DNA from: Natrialbaceae archaeon B1-Br10_E2g2
GTDB taxonomy: Archaea; Halobacteriota; Halobacteria; Halobacteriales; Natrialbaceae
Assembly: GCA_001563805.1 (NCBI GenBank)
Contig: LKMK01000001.1
Span: 1 to 61,674, forward strand
DNA length: 61,674 nucleotides
Direction of reading: 5' to 3'
Under the pieces are notes generated by a model that was given only the letters and a program-made list of their open reading frames with translations, had not been told where the DNA came from and did not search any database. The position numbers were made by a program, and so were the translations under genes. Shown piece by piece: positions 1-10,240 of the stretch (position 1 is the first letter of the stretch; every line of letters begins with the position of its first letter).

Positions 1-185
1 AGCCGCTCTCGGTCGGTGACACGGTCAAGATCGCAGAGACCCGACCACTGTCGAAGACGAAATCGCACGTGGTCGTCGAAGTAACCGAAGAAGCGACACC
101 AGAAGACGTCGCTGAACTGACCGGCGACACCGAGCCGGACCCACAGCTGTCAGCCGACGACCTCGGCACCGAGGGTGATCAGTGA
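1..185 (+). CDS. rps17p: 30S ribosomal protein S17 (uS17), 3' part, truncated by window edge
   Basis: Frame from nt 3 reads [27 protein letters not shown] plus an acidic tail; TGA at 183-185 overlaps the L14 ATG; expected position before L14. Confidence 0.93.
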   Translation, partial: PLSVGDTVKIAETRPLSKTKSHVVVEVTEEATPEDVAELTGDTEPDPQLSADDLGTEGDQ

Positions 186-583
186 TGGAGGCGATGAAAG
201 CCGACGTCACCCAGGGTCTGAAGAAAGGCTCGCTCATCACGTGTGCCGACAACACCGGCGCACGTGAGCTCAAGGTCATCAGCGTCGCGGGCTACCACGG
301 CACCAAGAACCGCCAGCCGAGCGCGGGACTTGGTGACAAGGTGACCGTCTCGGTCACGAAAGGGACGCCCGAGATGCGCCGACAGGTCCTCGAGGCCGTC
401 ATCGTCCGCCAGCGGAAATCGATCCGCCGGCCGGACGGGACGAGACTGAAGTTCGAGGACAACGCGGCCGTCATCATCGACGAGAACGAAGAGCCCCGCG
501 GAACGGAGATCAAGGGGCCGATCGCCCGCGAAGTCGCAGAGCGCTTCGGAGCAATCGCGAGTACCGCAACGATGATCGTATAG
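185..583 (+). CDS. rpl14: 50S ribosomal protein L14 (uL14)
   Basis: [15 protein letters not shown]...FEDNAAVI motifs; TGATG coupling; spc operon order. Confidence 0.97.
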   Translation: MEAMKADVTQGLKKGSLITCADNTGARELKVISVAGYHGTKNRQPSAGLGDKVTVSVTKGTPEMRRQVLEAVIVRQRKSIRRPDGTRLKFEDNAAVIIDENEEPRGTEIKGPIAREVAERFGAIASTATMIV

Positions 584-585
584 AT

Positions 586-948
586 ATGAGCAAGCAACCA
601 CACAAACAGCGAAACCAGACGGAGCACGCGCCGCTGCACCAGCGGGGCTCCCAGCTCCACGCGACGCTGTCCGACGAGCTCCGCGAGGAGTACGGCACCC
701 GTCGTACCCGCGTCAACGCGGGCGACACCGTCGAGGTCATGCGCGGCGATCACGCCGGCGACGAAGGCGAGGTTCTGCGCGTTCGACTCGACGATGGCGT
801 CGTCCACGTCGAGGACGTGACGGTCGAGACGGCCGACGGCGAGGAGGTTCCTCGACCGGTCGATCCGTCGAACGTCCGAATCACGGACCTGGACCTCTCG
901 GACGAGCGTCGCGAGGCGCGACTCGAAGAACGAGGTGAGAGCGAATGA
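586..948 (+). CDS. rpl24: 50S ribosomal protein L24 (uL24)
   Basis: SKQPHKQR N-terminus, KOW motif [17 protein letters not shown]. Confidence 0.96.
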   Translation: MSKQPHKQRNQTEHAPLHQRGSQLHATLSDELREEYGTRRTRVNAGDTVEVMRGDHAGDEGEVLRVRLDDGVVHVEDVTVETADGEEVPRPVDPSNVRITDLDLSDERREARLEERGESE

Positions 949-1694
949 CGAAACACCAGAAACGACTGTCGGTACCGAAGTCCTGGCCGGTCGAGCGAAA
1001 GACCGACGTCTTCACCGTCAAGGCCGGTGCTGGCCCGCACGGTGAAGCCGGCGTTCCGCTCGTCATCCTGCTGCGGGACGTCCTCGGCTACGTGGACTCG
1101 ACGAAGGAAGCCCGGTATGCCCTGAGCGAGGACGCGATCCTCGTCAACGGTCAGCCGATCAACGACGAACGGCGACCGATCGGGATGTTCGACATCCTGG
1201 CGTTCCCCGCTCGAGAGGAGTACTACCGCGTCTTCCCCGACGAAGGCGGTCGGCTCTCGCTGACCGAGATCGACGAAGACGCTGCAGGCAGCCGCCTCGG
1301 CAAGATCGCGGGCAAACAGCAGGTCCCCGGCGGCGAGACGCAGCTGACGCTGCACGACGGCACGAACGTCGTCGTCGACGCCGACAACGACTACAGCGGG
1401 AACGACTCGGTCGTCGTCGACAACGACGACAAGTCGGTCGTCGCCCACTTCCCCTACGAGGAAGGCGCGCTCGTCACTGCCGTCAGCGGTAACCACGGTG
1501 GCAAGATCGGCGACGTCGAATCGATCGACGTCACGCCCGGCAGTGGCTCGAACACCGTTACCGTTTCGACGGACGACGGTGGCTTCGAGACCATCGAGGA
1601 GTACGTCGTCGTGATCGACGAGAACTTCACGGGCGACGACGAGTCGTCCGGAGAAGCGAGCGGTGACACCGCGGGCACGGAGGGTGATGACTGA
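945..1694 (+). CDS. rps4e: 30S ribosomal protein S4e (eS4)
   Basis: [12 protein letters not shown]...[12 protein letters not shown], operon position. Confidence 0.96.
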   Translation: MTKHQKRLSVPKSWPVERKTDVFTVKAGAGPHGEAGVPLVILLRDVLGYVDSTKEARYALSEDAILVNGQPINDERRPIGMFDILAFPAREEYYRVFPDEGGRLSLTEIDEDAAGSRLGKIAGKQQVPGGETQLTLHDGTNVVVDADNDYSGNDSVVVDNDDKSVVAHFPYEEGALVTAVSGNHGGKIGDVESIDVTPGSGSNTVTVSTDDGGFETIEEYVVVIDENFTGDDESSGEASGDTAGTEGDD

Positions 1695-2236
1695 TGTCGG
1701 AAGCTGAATCCGAAGGCGAGTTCCACGAGATGCGCGAGCCGCGTGTCGAGAAGGTCGTCGTCCACATGGGCGTCGGTCAGGGTGGTCGCGAGCTCGGTAA
1801 AGCCGAGGACATCATCGAGGAGATCACCGGCCAACAGAGCGTCCGTACGCTGGCAAAACGAACCGAACCTGACTTCGGCATTCGCCAGGGCGACCCGATC
1901 GGCACGAAGGTCACCATCCGTGGTGACGACGCTACCGAGTTCCTCGAGACGGCGCTGCCGCTCGCGGATCTCTCGGTCAAGCAGTTCGACGACACGGGCA
2001 ACTTCAGCTTCGGCGTTGAGGAACACACCGAGTTCCCGAGCCAGGAGTACGACCCGACCGTCGGGATCTACGGACTGGACGTCACCGTCAACCTGGTGCG
2101 TCCGGGCTACCGCGTCTCCAAGCGCGACAAAGCCACCCGATCGATCCCGTCGAACCACCGACTGACCCCCGAGGACGCCATCGCGTTCCTCGAGGCGACG
2201 TTCGACGTCACCGTGGAGGAGACGGACGATGAGTGA
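1694..2236 (+). CDS. rpl5: 50S ribosomal protein L5 (uL5)
   Basis: [37 protein letters not shown]. Confidence 0.97.
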   Translation: MSEAESEGEFHEMREPRVEKVVVHMGVGQGGRELGKAEDIIEEITGQQSVRTLAKRTEPDFGIRQGDPIGTKVTIRGDDATEFLETALPLADLSVKQFDDTGNFSFGVEEHTEFPSQEYDPTVGIYGLDVTVNLVRPGYRVSKRDKATRSIPSNHRLTPEDAIAFLEATFDVTVEETDDE

Positions 2237-2405
2237 AAGTGATAACGAACAGACGGGCGAGCACGCCTCGAAGCGGACGGGCCAGCTAGAGGCCTGTCAG
2301 CGCTGTGGCCGGAAACAGGGGCTCGTCGGCAAGTACGACATCAACCTCTGTCGACAGTGCTTCCGCGAGATCGCCCGCGACATGGGATTCAAGAAGTACC
2401 GATAA
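2229..2405 (+). CDS. rps14: 30S ribosomal protein S14 (uS14, zinc-binding), below ORF-track cutoff
   Basis: Hand translation [58 protein letters not shown]; CxxC...CxxC. Confidence 0.95.
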   Translation: MSESDNEQTGEHASKRTGQLEACQRCGRKQGLVGKYDINLCRQCFREIARDMGFKKYR

Positions 2406-2406
2406 C

Positions 2407-2799
2407 ATGACTGGAAACGACCCACTCAGCAACGCGCTCTCCGGCATCGACAACGCCGAGAGCGTCGGAAAACTGAGCCACGAGGTAACGCCCGCCTCGA
2501 ACGAGATCGGCAGCGTACTCGAGGTCTTCTACGACCGCGGGTACATCGACGGCTTCGAGTTCGTCGACGACGGTAAAGCCGGGCAGTTCGAGGTCGAACT
2601 GAAAGGAGCGATCAACGAGTGTGGGCCCGTCAAGCCCCGATACAGCGCAGGCGCCGACGACTTCGAGAAGTGGGAGAAACGGTTCCTCCCCGCTCGAGAC
2701 TTCGGTGCGCTCGTCGTCACGACGAGCAGTGGCATCATGAGCCACTACGAGGCGCGCGAGAAGGGGATTGGCGGCCAGGTGATCGCATACGTCTACTAA
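2407..2799 (+). CDS. rps8: 30S ribosomal protein S8 (uS8)
   Basis: [12 protein letters not shown]...[28 protein letters not shown]; true start ATG 2407. Confidence 0.96.
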   Translation: MTGNDPLSNALSGIDNAESVGKLSHEVTPASNEIGSVLEVFYDRGYIDGFEFVDDGKAGQFEVELKGAINECGPVKPRYSAGADDFEKWEKRFLPARDFGALVVTTSSGIMSHYEAREKGIGGQVIAYVY

Positions 2800-2801
2800 C
2801 C

Positions 2802-3335
2802 ATGCGAGTTGAACTGGAAATCCCCGACAACGTAACCGTCGAGACCGACCACCTCGACGTGACCGTCGACGGTCCGGAAGGCAGCGTCACCCGCCGCCTC
2901 TGGTACCCCGACGTGAACGTCGATGTTGAGGACGATCTCGTCGTGATCGAGAGCGAGAACGAGGACGCAAAGACCAACGCAACCGTCGGCACCTTCGAGA
3001 GCCACGTCGAGAACGCCTTCCACGGCGTTCTCGAGGGATGGGAGTACAAGATGGAAGTCTTCTACTCTCACTTCCCGATGCAGGTTCGCGTCGAAGGTGA
3101 CGACGTCGTCATCGAGAACTTCCTCGGTGAGAAAGCACCGCGACGCACGACCGTCCACGGCGACACCGACGTCTCCGTCGACGACGAAGTCGTCGTCCTC
3201 TCCGGCCCGAACAAAGAGGACGTCGGCCAGACCGCGGCCGACATCGAGCAGCTGACGAAAGTCAGCGGCAAGGACACCCGTGTCTTCCAGGACGGGGTCT
3301 ACATCACCGAGAAACCCGCCAAAGGAGGTGTCTGA
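2802..3335 (+). CDS. rpl6: 50S ribosomal protein L6 (uL6)
   Basis: MRVELEIP...YSHFPM...NFLGEK...KDTRVFQDGVYI; start ATG 2802. Confidence 0.96.
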   Translation: MRVELEIPDNVTVETDHLDVTVDGPEGSVTRRLWYPDVNVDVEDDLVVIESENEDAKTNATVGTFESHVENAFHGVLEGWEYKMEVFYSHFPMQVRVEGDDVVIENFLGEKAPRRTTVHGDTDVSVDDEVVVLSGPNKEDVGQTAADIEQLTKVSGKDTRVFQDGVYITEKPAKGGV

Positions 3336-3338
3336 TAG

Positions 3339-4100
3339 ATGGCAGACGACGACCCAACGACCGACGACGACGCACAGGACACCCCGGCAGAGGCCGACGA
3401 CGGCCCATCGGAACTCGAGGAGATAAGCGGCGTCGGCGAGAGCAAAGCCGAGGCGCTTCGCGATGCCGGCTTCGAGTCCGTCCAGGACGTCAAGGAAGCA
3501 AACCAGGACGAACTGGCCGAGACCGACGGCATCGGGAACGCACTCGCGGCTCGTATCAAAGCCGACGTCGGCGACCTCGAGGTCACCGACGAGACGGACG
3601 CCGAGATCGAAGACGAAGAACCCGAGGAGACGGCGCCCGAGGCGGACGTCGAGACGGAACTGCAGGCTCGTGGACTGACCGAGAAGACCCCCGAGCTGAC
3701 CGGCGACGAGGAGCGACTCCTCGCCCGGCGCCGGACGGTCGGCAAGCCGCAGTTCAAGCGACAGGACTACCACAAGAAAAAGCGGACGCCCGAATCCTGG
3801 CGTCGACCACGCGGCCAGCTGTCCAAGCAGCGCCGCGGGATCAAGGGCAAGGGCCCGAAAGTCCAGGCTGGCTACCGCACGCCCGAAGCCGTCCGGGGCA
3901 AACACCCGAGCGGCTTCGAAGAAGTGTACGTCGAGACGCCCGACGACCTCGAGGGCGTCGACGGCGACCACGAGGCGGTCCGGATCGCCTCGTCGGTCGG
4001 TGCGCGCAAGCGCGAACGCATCGAGGAACTCGCCGAGGAAAGCGAGATCCGCGTGCTGAACCCGACCTACGAAGAAGTCGAGGTGGAATCCAATGACTGA
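3339..4100 (+). CDS. rpl32e: 50S ribosomal protein L32e with haloarchaeal N-terminal HhH/acidic extension
   Basis: [14 protein letters not shown]...[14 protein letters not shown]; N-terminal [17 protein letters not shown] helix-hairpin-helix. Confidence 0.95.
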   Translation: MADDDPTTDDDAQDTPAEADDGPSELEEISGVGESKAEALRDAGFESVQDVKEANQDELAETDGIGNALAARIKADVGDLEVTDETDAEIEDEEPEETAPEADVETELQARGLTEKTPELTGDEERLLARRRTVGKPQFKRQDYHKKKRTPESWRRPRGQLSKQRRGIKGKGPKVQAGYRTPEAVRGKHPSGFEEVYVETPDDLEGVDGDHEAVRIASSVGARKRERIEELAEESEIRVLNPTYEEVEVESND

Positions 4101-4542
4101 TCTCTCCGCACAGAAGCGACTCGCCGCCGACGTGCTGGACGTCGGCCAGAACCGCGTCTGGCTCGACCCCGCCGCCCAGGCGGACATCGCCGAGGCGATC
4201 ACACGGGACGAGATCCGCGAACTCGTCGACGAAGGCCTCATCCAGGCCGACGAGCCGAAGGGCAACTCCCGCGGTCGCGCTCGAAAGCGCAACGCCAAGC
4301 GCGCCTACGGCCACCGGAAAGGCCCGGGCAAGCGCAAAGGCAAGAAGGGCGCTCGCCAGAACTCGAAGGGCGAGTGGCAGGACAAGATTCGTGCACAGCG
4401 ACGGAAGCTGCGTGAACTCCGCGATGCGGGCGAACTCACGCCCGCTCAGTACCGCGAGCTCTACAAGAAAGCTGGCGGTGGCGAGTTCCGTAGCGTCCGG
4501 TACCTGTTGAACTACATCGACGACAACTACGGTGAGCGATAA
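4093..4542 (+). CDS. rpl19e: 50S ribosomal protein L19e
   Basis: [35 protein letters not shown]. Confidence 0.97.
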   Translation: MTDLSAQKRLAADVLDVGQNRVWLDPAAQADIAEAITRDEIRELVDEGLIQADEPKGNSRGRARKRNAKRAYGHRKGPGKRKGKKGARQNSKGEWQDKIRAQRRKLRELRDAGELTPAQYRELYKKAGGGEFRSVRYLLNYIDDNYGER

Positions 4543-5090
4543 TGGCGACAGGACCACGATACAAGGTGCCAATGCGACGTCGCCGTGAGGTCCGAACGGA
4601 CTACCACCAGAGGTTGCGCCTGCTGAAATCGGGTAAGCCCCGCCTCGTTGCTCGCAAGAGCAACAAGCACACTACGGCGCAGCTGATCGTTCCTGGACCT
4701 CAGGGCGACGAGACGCTCGCAAGCGCACATTCGAGCGATCTCGAGGAGTACGGCTGGGACGCACCCACGAGCAACATTTCGGCGGCGTACCTGACCGGCC
4801 TGCTGGCCGGCCAGCGGGCCGTCGACGCCGGACTCGAGGAAGCGGTGCTCGACATCGGCCTCAACACGGCGACGCCCGGTAACAAGGTGTTCGCCGTACA
4901 GGAGGGCGCGATCGACGCCGGCCTCGAGATTCCGCACAACGACAGCGTACTCGCGGACTGGTCGCGCACGCGCGGCGAGCACATCGCGGAGTACGCCGAA
5001 CAGCTCGACGAGCCGCTGTACAGCGGTGAGTTCGACGCAGCGGACCTACCTGAACACTTCGACGACGTACGAGAGGCGATTCTCGAATGA
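4542..5090 (+). CDS. rpl18: 50S ribosomal protein L18 (uL18)
   Basis: [41 protein letters not shown]. Confidence 0.97.
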   Translation: MATGPRYKVPMRRRREVRTDYHQRLRLLKSGKPRLVARKSNKHTTAQLIVPGPQGDETLASAHSSDLEEYGWDAPTSNISAAYLTGLLAGQRAVDAGLEEAVLDIGLNTATPGNKVFAVQEGAIDAGLEIPHNDSVLADWSRTRGEHIAEYAEQLDEPLYSGEFDAADLPEHFDDVREAILE

Positions 5091-5740
5091 GCAACTACAA
5101 CGACAGCGGATGGGAACCCGTCACCCGTCTCGGCCGGATGGTCCAAGAGGGCGAGATCGATTCGATGGAGGTCGCCCTCAACTCGGGACTCCCGCTGAAG
5201 GAACCCGAGATCGTCGACCAGCTCCTGCCGGGGCTCGACGACGAGGTGCTGGACATCAACATGGTCCAGCGCATGACCGACTCCGGACGGCGCGTCAAGT
5301 TCCGATGTGTCGTCGTCGTGGGCAACCGCGACGGCTACGTCGGCTACGCCGAGGGTCGTGACGACCAGGTCGGCTCTGCCATCCAGAAGGCGATCGGCAT
5401 CGCGAAGCTGAACATGATCAAGGTCCCCCGCGGCTCCGGGTCGTGGGAAGACCGCTCGGACCGACCACACTCGCTGACCCGTCGGACCACCGGCAAGGCC
5501 GGCTCCGTCGAGGTCGAGGTCATTCCGGCCCCCGAGGGGCTGGGACTGGCCGCCAGCGACACCGTGCGTGCGGTGCTCGAACTGGCCGGTCTCGAGAACG
5601 CCTGGACGAAGAGCCACGGCAACACGCGAACGACGGTCAACCTCGCGAAGGCGACGTTCAACGCACTCGAGAACGCCTCGCAGTCGCGACTGCCACAATC
5701 GCATGGCAGCGACCGGGACGAAGCCGAGGTGAGTGAGTGA
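5087..5740 (+). CDS. rps5: 30S ribosomal protein S5 (uS5)
   Basis: [36 protein letters not shown]. Confidence 0.97.
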   Translation: MSNYNDSGWEPVTRLGRMVQEGEIDSMEVALNSGLPLKEPEIVDQLLPGLDDEVLDINMVQRMTDSGRRVKFRCVVVVGNRDGYVGYAEGRDDQVGSAIQKAIGIAKLNMIKVPRGSGSWEDRSDRPHSLTRRTTGKAGSVEVEVIPAPEGLGLAASDTVRAVLELAGLENAWTKSHGNTRTTVNLAKATFNALENASQSRLPQSHGSDRDEAEVSE

Positions 5741-6207
5741 TGCGAGCAGTCGTGCAGGTCCGTGGTGAGGTAAACCGCCAGCAGGACGTCCAGGACACGC
5801 TCGAGATGCTCAACATCCACAGCGTCAACCACTGTGCGCTGGTCCCCGAGACCGACACCTACGTCGGGATGGTCAACAAGGTCAACGACTACGTTGCCTA
5901 CGGGGAACCGGACGCCGAGGTACTCGAGACGCTGCTCGAAAAGCGCGCCGAACCGCTCGAGGGTCGACAGGCCGACGTCGACGCGGAGTGGCTCGCCGAG
6001 CACACCGAGTACGACGACTTCGCCGACCTTGCCGAGGCGCTGCTCGACGAGGAGACGACGCTTCGCGAGCAGGGACTGTCGCCGACGCTCCGACTCCACC
6101 CGCCCCGTGGCGGCCACGCCGGCATCAAGAAGCCGGCGGTCGACGGCGGGCAACTCGGAAAGCATACAACGGACGAGATTAACGACCTCTTAGAATCGAT
6201 GCGATAA
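5740..6207 (+). CDS. rpl30: 50S ribosomal protein L30 (uL30)
   Basis: AVVQVRG...KVNDYVAYGE...LRLHPPRGG. Confidence 0.96.
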   Translation: MRAVVQVRGEVNRQQDVQDTLEMLNIHSVNHCALVPETDTYVGMVNKVNDYVAYGEPDAEVLETLLEKRAEPLEGRQADVDAEWLAEHTEYDDFADLAEALLDEETTLREQGLSPTLRLHPPRGGHAGIKKPAVDGGQLGKHTTDEINDLLESMR

Positions 6208-6209
6208 CC

Positions 6210-6704
6210 ATGACGAGCAAAAAACGACGTCAGCGCGGTTCGCGGACGCACGGCGGTGGCACGCACAAGAATCGACGCGGTGCGGGCCATCGCGGTGGCC
6301 GCGGTCGCGCGGGACGTAGCAAACACGAGTTCCACAACTACGAACCGAAGCAGAAACACGGCTTCAAGCGACCACAGGACGCTCGTCCAACCGTCGAGGA
6401 GATCGACGTCAAGAAACTCGACGAGGACGCGATCCTCTACGTCGCAGACGGCCTCGCCGAAGAGACCGACGACGGCTACGCCATCGACGCTCGAGACGTC
6501 GTCGAGGACGGCCACGACGTCGACGTCGTCAAGGTTCTCGGCTCCGGGCAGGTCCGTAACGCCCTCTCCGTGACCGCCGACGAGTTCTCCGAGACCGCTC
6601 GCGAGAAACTCGAGGACGCAGGCGGCGACGCTGTGCTGTCGGAGCGAGCCCAGGAGGCGGCGTCCGACGCCGAAGACGACGACCCCGAACAGACTGAGGA
6701 CTAA
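6210..6704 (+). CDS. rpl15: 50S ribosomal protein L15 (uL15)
   Basis: RGSRTHGGG...RGAGHRGGRGRAG, KVLGSG. Confidence 0.97.
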   Translation: MTSKKRRQRGSRTHGGGTHKNRRGAGHRGGRGRAGRSKHEFHNYEPKQKHGFKRPQDARPTVEEIDVKKLDEDAILYVADGLAEETDDGYAIDARDVVEDGHDVDVVKVLGSGQVRNALSVTADEFSETAREKLEDAGGDAVLSERAQEAASDAEDDDPEQTED

Positions 6705-6706
6705 CT

Positions 6707-8170
6707 ATGGGATGGAAGGAAGCCGCCGAACCGGTCTTGACGCGGATGCCCGCAGTGCAGCGGCCACAGAAGCACGTCCCGTTCAAGCGCAAGCTCGCCT
6801 GGACGGCCGGCATCCTCGTGTTGTACTTCTTCCTGACGAACATCGCGCTGCTCGGCCTGGAGGCCGGAGAAGCGACCGACCTCTTCGGTGAGTTCCGTGC
6901 CGTCCTCGCGGGCGAACACGGCTCGCTGATGCAGGTCGGTATCGGACCGATCGTCACGGCGAGCATCGTCATGCAGCTGCTCGGCGGTGCGAACCTGCTC
7001 GGGCTCGACACGAACGATCCCCGGGACCAGATTCTCTACCAGGGGCTCCAGAAGCTGCTCGTCATCGTGATGACGGCGCTGACCGCGCTCCCGATGGTGT
7101 TCGCTGGCGGCTTCCTGCCACCGGTGCCGTCGCTGACCCTCGGCGGGTTCACCTTCGATCAGACGCAGGTCCAGGTGCTGATGTTCCTGCAGATCTTCGT
7201 CGGCGGCGTCCTCATCCTCTACATGGACGAGGTCGTCAGCAAGTGGGGGATCGGCAGCGGGATCGGCCTGTTCATCATCGCTGGTGTGAGCCAGCGGCTC
7301 GTCACCGGGTTCATCCAGCCCACCCAGGGTGGGGTGTTCTACGACTGGTATCTGATCGTCACCCAGCAAGTCGAGATCGGCTCGCTCGTCGCCGGTGACG
7401 GCTTTTACACCCTGCTGCTCGAGGAGGGCCACATCATCGCGCTGCTCACGACGGTGTTGATCTTCGCCATCGTCGTCTACGCGGAGTCGGTTCGCGTCGA
7501 GATCCCGCTCAGCCACGCCCGCGTCAAGGGTGCCCGTGGACGCTTCCCCGTGAAGCTCATCTACGCGAGCGTCCTGCCGGTTATCCTCGTCCGGGCGCTG
7601 CAGGCGAACATCCAGTTCATCGGGCAGATCCTCAACAGCCAGTGGGCCGCGATGCCCTCCTGGCTCGGCGTCTACGACGCCCAGGGCCAACCCGTGAGCG
7701 GGTTCTTCTACTACTTCGCGCCGATCTACTCACCCAACGACTGGATGTGGTGGACCGGCGAGGTGACCCAGCAAGCCTGGATGGTGATGATCCGCGTCTC
7801 CGTCGACCTGACGTTCATGGTCATCGGTGGCGCCATCTTCGCGATCTTCTGGGTCGAGACGACCAACATGGGCCCGGACGCGACGGCCCGTCAGATCCAG
7901 AACTCCGGGATGCAGATCCCCGGCTTCCGACAGAACGTCAGCGTCGTCGAGAAGGTCATGCAGCGGTACATCCCGCAGGTGACCGTCATCGGCGGTGCGC
8001 TCGTCGGACTGCTGGCCGTCTGGGCGAACATGCTCGGCACGGTCGGTGGCGTCGAGGGTACCGGGCTGCTGCTCGCTGTCTCCATTACGTACAAGCTGTA
8101 CGAGGAGATCGCCGAGGAGCAGATGATGGAGATGCATCCGATGATGCGCCAGATGTTCGGCAAAGAATAA
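6707..8170 (+). CDS. secY: Preprotein translocase subunit SecY (Sec61 alpha)
   Basis: About 10 TM segments, GIGPIVTASI, SKWGIGSGIGLFI, FPVKLIYAS, MQIPGFR. Confidence 0.98.
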   Translation: MGWKEAAEPVLTRMPAVQRPQKHVPFKRKLAWTAGILVLYFFLTNIALLGLEAGEATDLFGEFRAVLAGEHGSLMQVGIGPIVTASIVMQLLGGANLLGLDTNDPRDQILYQGLQKLLVIVMTALTALPMVFAGGFLPPVPSLTLGGFTFDQTQVQVLMFLQIFVGGVLILYMDEVVSKWGIGSGIGLFIIAGVSQRLVTGFIQPTQGGVFYDWYLIVTQQVEIGSLVAGDGFYTLLLEEGHIIALLTTVLIFAIVVYAESVRVEIPLSHARVKGARGRFPVKLIYASVLPVILVRALQANIQFIGQILNSQWAAMPSWLGVYDAQGQPVSGFFYYFAPIYSPNDWMWWTGEVTQQAWMVMIRVSVDLTFMVIGGAIFAIFWVETTNMGPDATARQIQNSGMQIPGFRQNVSVVEKVMQRYIPQVTVIGGALVGLLAVWANMLGTVGGVEGTGLLLAVSITYKLYEEIAEEQMMEMHPMMRQMFGKE

Positions 8171-8174
8171 GGAT

Positions 8175-8209
8175 ATTTTTAGAACGCCACCGTGGCGTTC
8201 GATTTCTTC
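8175..8209 (+). terminator. Putative spc-operon terminator: T-tract plus perfect 19-bp palindrome
   Basis: ATTTTT at 8175-8180, then GAACGCCAC-C-GTGGCGTTC at 8182-8200, then ATTTCTTC, directly after the secY stop. Confidence 0.5.
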
Positions 8210-8212
8210 GCT

Positions 8213-8662
8213 TCTCGGAGTTCGTTAGCAGAGGCTTTTGGGTATTCTTCATCGAAGGTGGCAGGCCACTCCGTATTTGACACCCTCTCGCGTAGTTTCA
8301 AGCTAGACAGGGCGATCGGGTAGTTACGATCGTCGGTGAAGTTACTGGAAGGTATTACGTTGAATGGCCAGATGCCGAGGAGTGGATGAACCAGAATCGC
8401 ACGTAAGCAAACCGATCTCGTCACTGAAACCGGGGAACCAACATCGACCGATGAGGCCGCGATCGTCACTGCCGTGCGGTCCCACGGAAGTGTCATGGGA
8501 GCCTTAGAAGTCTTCGGGACGATTGGTGAGGGTTCGATTCTACCGGAACCAAGGCATCTCCGCCGCTGCGAGCTCACGTGGCTTCTCTGGACGCATGAAC
8601 CAGAACCAGCTGAAACTCCCGATCTCACGCTACCCTCAAGGAGCGAACGGCGTCAGCCGTGA
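8213..8662 (+). pseudogene. Possible degraded IclR-like regulator remnant
   Basis: Fragments separated by stops: HTH-like SRSSLAEAFGYSSSKVAGH (from 8213) and effector-domain-like AAIVTAVRSHGSVMGALEVFG (about 8456-8518); weak resemblance only. Confidence 0.2.
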
Positions 8663-8942
8663 GCGAGTAGGGCGGAGTAGTTCACATCGAGCAATTGAGC
8701 GTTGAAAACTTGATGTACATTGCCTGAGTCAGATACGGCAGCTTACTCGACCGTCAATCGATTTCTCACCCAGACGATCAATCTCATGGGAAATTAAATA
8801 TAGCGCAAAAATCATTAACTCCATTTTGTTATTTAATGCTTTAATCTGTGTACGTTCGAAATTATGGTCCGGCACCCCCGATCCATAGAACGCTACACGA
8901 TATGCTACGAAAACAGACTAATCAAATCGGAAGAGGTCAGTT

Positions 8943-9641
8943 ATGATTACGGCCACGATCCTGATGGCACTCGGACTGATGGCCGGAATCGCGCTCGTTC
9001 AATATACAGGGTTACGAATGGGTGGTGTCGTCGTCATCCCGCTCTTGGCGATATACACACTCCACTCCGCAACAACGCTTCCATTGTTCATCGCCAGTGT
9101 CATTGTAGCAGTTTACGCAGTGGGATTCCTGAAATCCAATACCCTACTACACGGACGCCCGATGTTCCTGGCAAGCCTCGGCGTCGGAATGATCGTTCCC
9201 CTCGTCGGGATGGTCGTTTTAGGGATGTCCTCCATGTCAACAGGATCGCTCTTCCTCGGAACGATCCTTCCCGGCGTTGCTGCTTACAACTATCACCAAC
9301 TGGATCCGCCTGAAAGGGTCCGAGACGTGGCTGCCGGTGGCGGTGTCCTCTTGGGACTCATCGTTGCCGGGATGATCCTGATCGCATCCCCGACCCAGAT
9401 GGTAGTCGGTTCAGAAGGAATACTCGGCATGATAGTGTCAAACGTCGTTACCCCGATCAGTGGAGAACCGGCCACGGCTGGGGCTGTCCAGTGTGAGGTC
9501 GGAGCCCCCACTGACACCTTCATCAACCCTGATGCCGCACTCGGAGGCGGAGACGTCTTTGACTCCGATGCATTTGACGAATGGTTAGCAGCAACCCTCG
9601 CAGCAGCGATCGGTGGAGAGTGTCCAGACGGAGCTGAATAA
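8943..9641 (+). CDS. capC: Poly-gamma-glutamate biosynthesis membrane protein PgsC/CapC family (copy 1)
   Basis: GLRMGGVVVIPLLAIY, LLHGRPMF, LGTILPGVAAYN match CapC-type motifs; adjacent to capB. Confidence 0.8.
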   Translation: MITATILMALGLMAGIALVQYTGLRMGGVVVIPLLAIYTLHSATTLPLFIASVIVAVYAVGFLKSNTLLHGRPMFLASLGVGMIVPLVGMVVLGMSSMSTGSLFLGTILPGVAAYNYHQLDPPERVRDVAAGGGVLLGLIVAGMILIASPTQMVVGSEGILGMIVSNVVTPISGEPATAGAVQCEVGAPTDTFINPDAALGGGDVFDSDAFDEWLAATLAAAIGGECPDGAE

Positions 9642-10240
9642 TGGTCCTCTCTACCCTTGGGGTACTGTCGGTCATAGGTGGAGGAGTCATTGTGGCCGAG
9701 ATTATCAGAGCACGATACAGCATCCGATTAGGTGGAGTCATCGCCATTCCCCTCATCGCCTTGCTCACCCTGGTAAATCCCTGGGCACTCCCCGTCTACG
9801 TCATCGGGACAGCCCTGCTCTTCGCGGTGGCTACGCGGTTCCACAAGCGAACGTTGATTTACGGCCGTGTCTTGCTCTCTACGACCCTGGTCATGGCGAT
9901 GGGGTATGGGATTGCAGTCTACGCAGTGACCGGATTCGCTGGGGCGGAGTTCTTCACCGGTTTTGAACTCTTCCTCACGAGTCTGTTCGCCGGGATTGGT
10001 GCCTACAGCCTCCACATGGTGGCACCAGTCAACCGACCGCCAGCTGTAAAGCTCAACGCTGGATTGTTCGCCACAGTGTTCTTTCTGTGCCAGTTGATTC
10101 TCCAACCACCGATCACGGCATTCGTGATCGCTTACCTTGGGAGCTGTTTGGCGGTCATGGTACTCGCAGGATCGACTCTCCTCCGACTTGAACAACGCAT
10201 AAAACCACTCGAGGAACACCACACAGGAGTAATTCAATGA
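9641..10240 (+). CDS. capC: PgsC/CapC family membrane protein (copy 2)
   Basis: IRLGGVIAIPLIALL, LIYGRVLL, LFAGIGAYS parallel the motifs of copy 1; TAATG overlap. Confidence 0.75.
   Translation: MVLSTLGVLSVIGGGVIVAEIIRARYSIRLGGVIAIPLIALLTLVNPWALPVYVIGTALLFAVATRFHKRTLIYGRVLLSTTLVMAMGYGIAVYAVTGFAGAEFFTGFELFLTSLFAGIGAYSLHMVAPVNRPPAVKLNAGLFATVFFLCQLILQPPITAFVIAYLGSCLAVMVLAGSTLLRLEQRIKPLEEHHTGVIQ

Noticed and set aside
3339-3660. HhH and acidic extension on L32e as a novel fusion
   Set aside because: Common feature of haloarchaeal L32e
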